Shown here in pieces: positions 55,885 to 60,532 of a stretch of 60,532 nucleotides of DNA. Position 1 is the first letter of the stretch; each line of letters opens with the position of its first letter. Both the position numbers and the translations under genes were made by a program. The notes beneath the pieces were generated by a model. That model worked only from the letters and a program-made list of their open reading frames with translations. It was not told the DNA's origin and did not search any database. The DNA comes from Acidobacteriota bacterium. GTDB lineage: Bacteria > Acidobacteriota > Thermoanaerobaculia > Thermoanaerobaculales > Sulfomarinibacteraceae. Where the stretch lies: the NCBI GenBank assembly GCA_022340775.1, contig JAJDNH010000166.1, positions 1 through 60,532 on the forward strand. The letters are read 5' to 3'.

Positions 55885-56844
55885 ATGATGAGCGACGACT
55901 CCGCCGCCAACCTCACCGCCGCCGTGGTCGGCACCGGGCATCTCGGCCGCCATCACGTGCGGATTCTGGCCGGCATGGCCGGCATCGACTTCCTCGGCGC
56001 GTTCGACGCCGATGCCGCCCGGCTGCGCGAGATCGCGGCCGAGCATCGGGTGACGGCTCTGGCCGATCTCAACGCCGCGGCAGGGGCCGACATCGTGGTC
56101 GTGGCGACGCCCACCGTCACCCATCGCGAGGTCGCCGGCCGGCTCCTCAGCCGCGGGTGCCACGTTCTGGTGGAGAAACCGATCGCTGCTTCGGTCACCG
56201 AGGCCCGCGAGCTGGTCGAGCTCGCACGCCGCGAAAACCGCGTTTTGGCCGTGGGCCACGTGGAGTACCACAACCCAGCGGTTCAGGCCGCGCTCGGTCT
56301 CGCGGGCGGCGTCCGCTACCTGGAGGCGCAGAGGCTGTCCCCGTTCACCGCACGCTCCGTCGACGTCGACGTCCTGCTCGATCTGATGATTCACGACATC
56401 CAGATCACCCTTGCAGTCGCGGCCGAGGAGCCGTCCGAGATCCGTGCGGTCGGCGTCCCCGTGCTCACCGACAAGGTCGACCTCTGTCACGCGTGGATCG
56501 AGTTCCCGTGCGGTTTGGTAGCCAACCTCACCGCCAGCCGGGTGTCGGCGGAGAGGGTGCGCAAGCTGCGTCTGTTCGCCCGCGACAGCTACTTCTCGGT
56601 CGACTACGCGGAGCAGTCCGTGAGCGCCGCGCAGCTCCTGCGCTCAGAGACCGGCACGCAGATCGCGCCGCGCCCGGTCGAAGTGTCACCGAGAGAACCG
56701 CTGGCCGCCGAGCTGGTCGCCTTCGTGGCACGCTGCCGGGGCGAGGCGGCCCCGATCGTCGACGGCGAGACCGGCACCAGCGCCCTCGCCGCCGCGATCC
56801 GCATCCGCGAGCAGGTCGAGCATAGGCAGCTCCCCCCCCGCTGA
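55885..56844 (+). CDS. Gfo/Idh/MocA oxidoreductase (GnnA-like)
   Basis: VVGTGHLG, LVEKPI, VGHVE..NP, DLMIHDI, TASRVS. Confidence 0.9.
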   Translation: MMSDDSAANLTAAVVGTGHLGRHHVRILAGMAGIDFLGAFDADAARLREIAAEHRVTALADLNAAAGADIVVVATPTVTHREVAGRLLSRGCHVLVEKPIAASVTEARELVELARRENRVLAVGHVEYHNPAVQAALGLAGGVRYLEAQRLSPFTARSVDVDVLLDLMIHDIQITLAVAAEEPSEIRAVGVPVLTDKVDLCHAWIEFPCGLVANLTASRVSAERVRKLRLFARDSYFSVDYAEQSVSAAQLLRSETGTQIAPRPVEVSPREPLAAELVAFVARCRGEAAPIVDGETGTSALAAAIRIREQVEHRQLPPR

Positions 56845-56900
56845 GTGCCACCATCCGGCGAGCCCAACCAACGTGGAGTGGGGTTGTTGCCCGGCGAAAA

Positions 56901-56932
56901 GCGAGCGGGGAAGCGCTCGCGCGCTCCCCCGC
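56901..56932. terminator. Hairpin between convergent genes
   Basis: GCGAGCG-GGGAAG-CGCTCGC inverted repeat preceded by an A-run. Confidence 0.5.
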
Positions 56933-56957
56933 CTACTTGTTGGGTCGAAGTGAGTCC

Positions 56958-59900
56958 CTACGGCTGGCCTTCGGGAGGATAGGCCGGCAGCAGCGGAGGA
57001 GGCGGCGGCAGCTCCATCGGGTGCGCCTTCAGCTTGTCCAGGATGACCTGGATCCCCTTCTCGAGCTGGACATCCTTGCCAGCCATCACGTCGCCCGGGA
57101 GGTTGTCGACCTCGATGTCCGGGTCAACGCCGTGGTTCTCGATCACCCACTGCGAGTGGAGTCCGTAGAGCGAGTCCTCCGGAATCGTGATGTAGCCGCC
57201 GTCTAGGAGCGGCCAGTAGCCGCGGATGCCGCGAACACCGCCCCAGGTTCTCAGCCCAATCACCGGACCGAGCCCGTAGTGCTTGAAGTAGTACGGGAAG
57301 ATATCCCCGTCGGAAGCCGAGTAGTGGTTGTCCAGGCACACCATGTACCCGTGCATCACCTGCTCGGGAATCTTGAACCGCTGACGCTCGCGGTTGGTCG
57401 CCATGCCGACCAGCACACGGCGCAGGCGCTCGAGAACGATCTGATCGATCTCGCCGCCACCGTTCCAACGCACGTCCACGATCAGGCCCTGCTTCTGGGT
57501 CTGGGGGTAGAACTGACTGATGAACTGCTCCATGCCGACGTCTTCCATATCCGACAGGTACAGGTAGCCGATCTTGCCGCCCGACGCTTTGCTGACCAGG
57601 TCACGGTTGTGGTCGATCCACGCCGCCAGCCTCAGGTTGAGCTCGTCGCCGATCGGCTTGACGGTGACCTGCCGCCGGTTCGTGCCCTTGGCGTCATCCG
57701 CGACGGTCAGCGTCACCGTACGGTGGAGTGTGCTGACGAAGAGACTGTATGGGTTCGTCGGAGCCTCGAGCTCTCGCCCGTCGACAGCGAGCAGGAAGTC
57801 GCCCTGTTTGACGTCGACACCGGGCTCGGTGAGCGGAGAGCGCAGCTCCTCGCGGGAGTTGTCGCCGGCGTATATCTTCTGGAAGTAGTACCGGCCCGAG
57901 CTCCGGTCGAGGGCGAAGTCCACCCCGAGCAGCCCGGTCGGAACGTCCGGGGTCTTGAACCTGTCGCCGCCGCCGACGTAGGTGTGGGAGTTGTGCAGCT
58001 CGCCGATGGCCTCGCCGATAAGGTAGTTCAGATCCTCGCGGCACGCCATCTTGGGGAGGAGCTTCTCGTACTTGGTGCGCACCGCGTCCCAATCGACGCC
58101 GTTCATCTTGGGGTTGAAAAAGAAGTCACGTTCGAGACGCCAGGCCTCGTGGAACATCTCTTTCCACTCCTGGACGGGGTCGATCTGAACACGCATGCCT
58201 GAGAGGTCGAGCTCGTGGGTTTCGGCCTTTCTCCTGGCGGGGTTCTTGTCCGGGCGCGACTCTGCGATGGTGTACGTCTTCTTGTGCGCGTACAGGACGC
58301 TGTTCCCGTCGGCGCTCAGCACGTAGGCGTCGACCGGCTCGGCAAGAACGTGGTCCTTGCGGTCCTTCATCTCGAAGACATGGAGCTGGGGTTGCTCGCC
58401 GGCCAGCGGCTTTGCCATCGTCCGGATGGGAACGGTCCGGTAGTAGACGCGACCCTCGGCCGCAGCCAGCTCGTCGATGTTGCCCGACGGGATCGGAAGC
58501 GGCACAACCCGCTGCATCAGACCGTCGAGGTCGATGCGGATGGGAGCGATCGCACCCGGTTTCCAGGTTTCCTGCTCCTTTACCTTCGCAGCCTCCGGCG
58601 CCCCCTCATCCGAACGCGGTGCGAACGGCGACGCCTCGTCCTTGCGCAGGGTCGCCACGTATACCCCGGCCATCTTCAACGTCGCGACGTTGAACTCGCT
58701 CTGGCTCCAGACCGGGTTAGGGTGGCGGTCCGAGGCGAAGTACAGGTACTTGCCGTCCGGGCTGAACACCGGATCGTAGTCGTTGCTCATGGTGCCACTG
58801 ACGACGGTGGACCTGCCGTCCTTCACGCTGTAGAGGTAGATCCGCCCCATGTAGGTCGAAGCGTCGTCATCCGAGCCCATGTCCTCGGTTCCGGCCTTGG
58901 AGTAGGCCAGCCAGAGGCCGTCGGGCGACCAGCTGAAGTGATGGACCTCCTCGTGCTTGTCCTGGTCCACCCGAACCAGCTTGCGGTCCTTGATGGTCAG
59001 GATCCACAGCACGTGGTCGCTGTCGGAGAAGGCCACCCTGGTGCTGTCCGGCGACCATACCGGGCCGTAGAGGTAGCCGGCCTTGCGGTCGGTCAGGATG
59101 GTCTCGGCGCCCGAGCCGTCGGCCGGACGGATCGCGATCTGCGCCTGGCCCCTCCGATCGGTCGCATACGCCACCCAGGCGCCGTCGGGCGACCAGGCGG
59201 GGTACATCTCGCGCGCATTCGACGTCCGGGTCAGGTCGCGCGTGTTGCCATGCTTGGCGGGCACCGTGAACACGTCACCGCGCGCTCCGAACAGGGCGCG
59301 CTTGCCGTTGGGCGACAGCTCCATGGAGTGAATCGTCTTGGCGGCGGACGCCCACCGCGGGCGAGTCCGCACGCCGTCGGTCGGCACCGTCACCTCGAGC
59401 TTGTGGAGCTTCTCGGAGGGCAGGTCGATGACGTACAGCGAGCCACCGTCCTGGAACACGATCCCGGAGTCGCCGAGGCTCGGCCAGTCCACATCGTAGT
59501 CCTTGAAGTGGGTCAGCTGGCGGAAGCTCTTGCCGTCGAGGTCGTAGGCCCAGATATTGAGCCGCTTCTCCGGCCCCCGGTCAGACGCGAAGTAGATCGT
59601 GTTGTGGTACCACATGGGGTCGGTGTCCGTGCCCTTCCACGTGGTCACCCGCTCGGCCTTGTGAGTCTTGAAGTCATAGATCCAGATGTCCTGCGCGAGG
59701 CCGCCGCGGTAGGACTTCCAAGTCCTGAAGTTGCGGAAGATACGATTGTAGGCAATCTTCGTCCCGTCTGGGCTGTAGGATGTCATCCCACCCTTCGGAA
59801 CTGGGAGCTGCGTCGGCAGGCCGCCGTTCGCAGGAACCAGGAACAACCGTCCGAACCACGAGTTGAAGGTGTCTCGGCGCGACAGCATGAGGACGTTCTT

Positions 59901-60344
59901 GCTGTCCGGGGTCCATGTCACCACCATGTTGTCGGGCCCCCAGCGCAGCGGAGCGTCCTCGACCACGTCGGAGTGGAAGGTGAGCCGGGTGGCCGTGCCA
60001 CCCTCCGCGGGGATGACGTAGACGTCCGTGTTGCCGTCGTACTGGCCGGTGAAGGCAATCAGCTTCCCGTCCGGTGAGAAGCGCGGCATGATGTCGAAGC
60101 CGCCGTCCGTGGTCAGGCGCTGGGCGGTCCCACCCTGCCGGTCGACGCGCCACAGGTTGCCGCCCGCCTCGAAGACGATGCTGTCACCGTGAAGCGTGGG
60201 GTACCGCGTCAACACGTTCTCCGCCGCCCGCGTGGAGCCCGGAACGGCCAGGGCCAACAGGACGACCCCCAGACCCAGAAGCCAGGCGTAGCCGGCTCGG
60301 ACCTTGCGGTTTGCCTTTTCCTCGGTTGAAAAGCGCTTGTGCAT
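56958..60344 (-). CDS. Tricorn protease (peptidase S41) with PD40 propellers and PDZ domain
   Basis: SPDG repeats, GELHNSHTY, DVRWNGGG, ASDGD, RTWGG, ENHGVDPDI; signal peptide. Confidence 0.95.
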   Translation of the reverse strand: MHKRFSTEEKANRKVRAGYAWLLGLGVVLLALAVPGSTRAAENVLTRYPTLHGDSIVFEAGGNLWRVDRQGGTAQRLTTDGGFDIMPRFSPDGKLIAFTGQYDGNTDVYVIPAEGGTATRLTFHSDVVEDAPLRWGPDNMVVTWTPDSKNVLMLSRRDTFNSWFGRLFLVPANGGLPTQLPVPKGGMTSYSPDGTKIAYNRIFRNFRTWKSYRGGLAQDIWIYDFKTHKAERVTTWKGTDTDPMWYHNTIYFASDRGPEKRLNIWAYDLDGKSFRQLTHFKDYDVDWPSLGDSGIVFQDGGSLYVIDLPSEKLHKLEVTVPTDGVRTRPRWASAAKTIHSMELSPNGKRALFGARGDVFTVPAKHGNTRDLTRTSNAREMYPAWSPDGAWVAYATDRRGQAQIAIRPADGSGAETILTDRKAGYLYGPVWSPDSTRVAFSDSDHVLWILTIKDRKLVRVDQDKHEEVHHFSWSPDGLWLAYSKAGTEDMGSDDDASTYMGRIYLYSVKDGRSTVVSGTMSNDYDPVFSPDGKYLYFASDRHPNPVWSQSEFNVATLKMAGVYVATLRKDEASPFAPRSDEGAPEAAKVKEQETWKPGAIAPIRIDLDGLMQRVVPLPIPSGNIDELAAAEGRVYYRTVPIRTMAKPLAGEQPQLHVFEMKDRKDHVLAEPVDAYVLSADGNSVLYAHKKTYTIAESRPDKNPARRKAETHELDLSGMRVQIDPVQEWKEMFHEAWRLERDFFFNPKMNGVDWDAVRTKYEKLLPKMACREDLNYLIGEAIGELHNSHTYVGGGDRFKTPDVPTGLLGVDFALDRSSGRYYFQKIYAGDNSREELRSPLTEPGVDVKQGDFLLAVDGRELEAPTNPYSLFVSTLHRTVTLTVADDAKGTNRRQVTVKPIGDELNLRLAAWIDHNRDLVSKASGGKIGYLYLSDMEDVGMEQFISQFYPQTQKQGLIVDVRWNGGGEIDQIVLERLRRVLVGMATNRERQRFKIPEQVMHGYMVCLDNHYSASDGDIFPYYFKHYGLGPVIGLRTWGGVRGIRGYWPLLDGGYITIPEDSLYGLHSQWVIENHGVDPDIEVDNLPGDVMAGKDVQLEKGIQVILDKLKAHPMELPPPPPLLPAYPPEGQP

Positions 60345-60532
60345 GAGAAGCTCCCTTCTGAAGCTGTTGGTGCTCGAGCGATCGGTCGAACGCTCGCACG
60401 ACTTCCGGGCGCCCGGCGGCCGGACGGCCACCGGACCACCCGACTGCACATCATACGCCTCCCACCGCCGGGCAGGAGGAAGAACTGCCAGAGAATCAAG
60501 AACACAAAGAAGACACAAGGAACCAGAACCAC

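Noticed and set aside
1-60532. tRNA, rRNA, transposase, integrase, prophage or defence genes
   Set aside because: None recognised by eye; tRNAscan, Infernal or DefenseFinder would be needed to exclude them formally

Overview
GC-rich bacterial chromosomal segment. Gene content and one lineage-typical secreted-protein domain suggest Acidobacteriota, possibly Thermoanaerobaculia (inference). It holds about 52 mostly housekeeping or accessory genes: two ECF sigma modules, an H+ P-type ATPase, nitrilase, adenine deaminase, an IorAB-type molybdoenzyme, DacB, a DprE1/E2-like pair, an HDAC-family protein, QueD, a MacAB-type ABC exporter, PncB, an aminopeptidase and tricorn protease. I saw no rRNA, tRNA, CRISPR array, transposase or integrase. 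The unexplained structure is non-coding. (1) A ~185-bp hairpin-forming MITE-like element occurs as 3 full copies, 1 internally deleted copy and 1 fragment. One copy splits a small membrane-protein gene that is restored in frame when the element is removed, and two copies begin exactly at TAG stop codons. (2) A composite repeat (8-bp AT-rich array, C-box, 7-bp array, C-box, 7-bp array, C-box) recurs in the same order at two gene 3' ends, and octamer arrays bracket a SnoaL gene like a cassette. (3) A second REP-like repeat sits next to two MITE copies. (4) The queD leader looks structured. Protein-level oddities include an ECF/mini-anti-sigma/tandem-STN operon and a shared uncharacterised secreted module in three genes. 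All family calls are by motif recognition; no database search was run.
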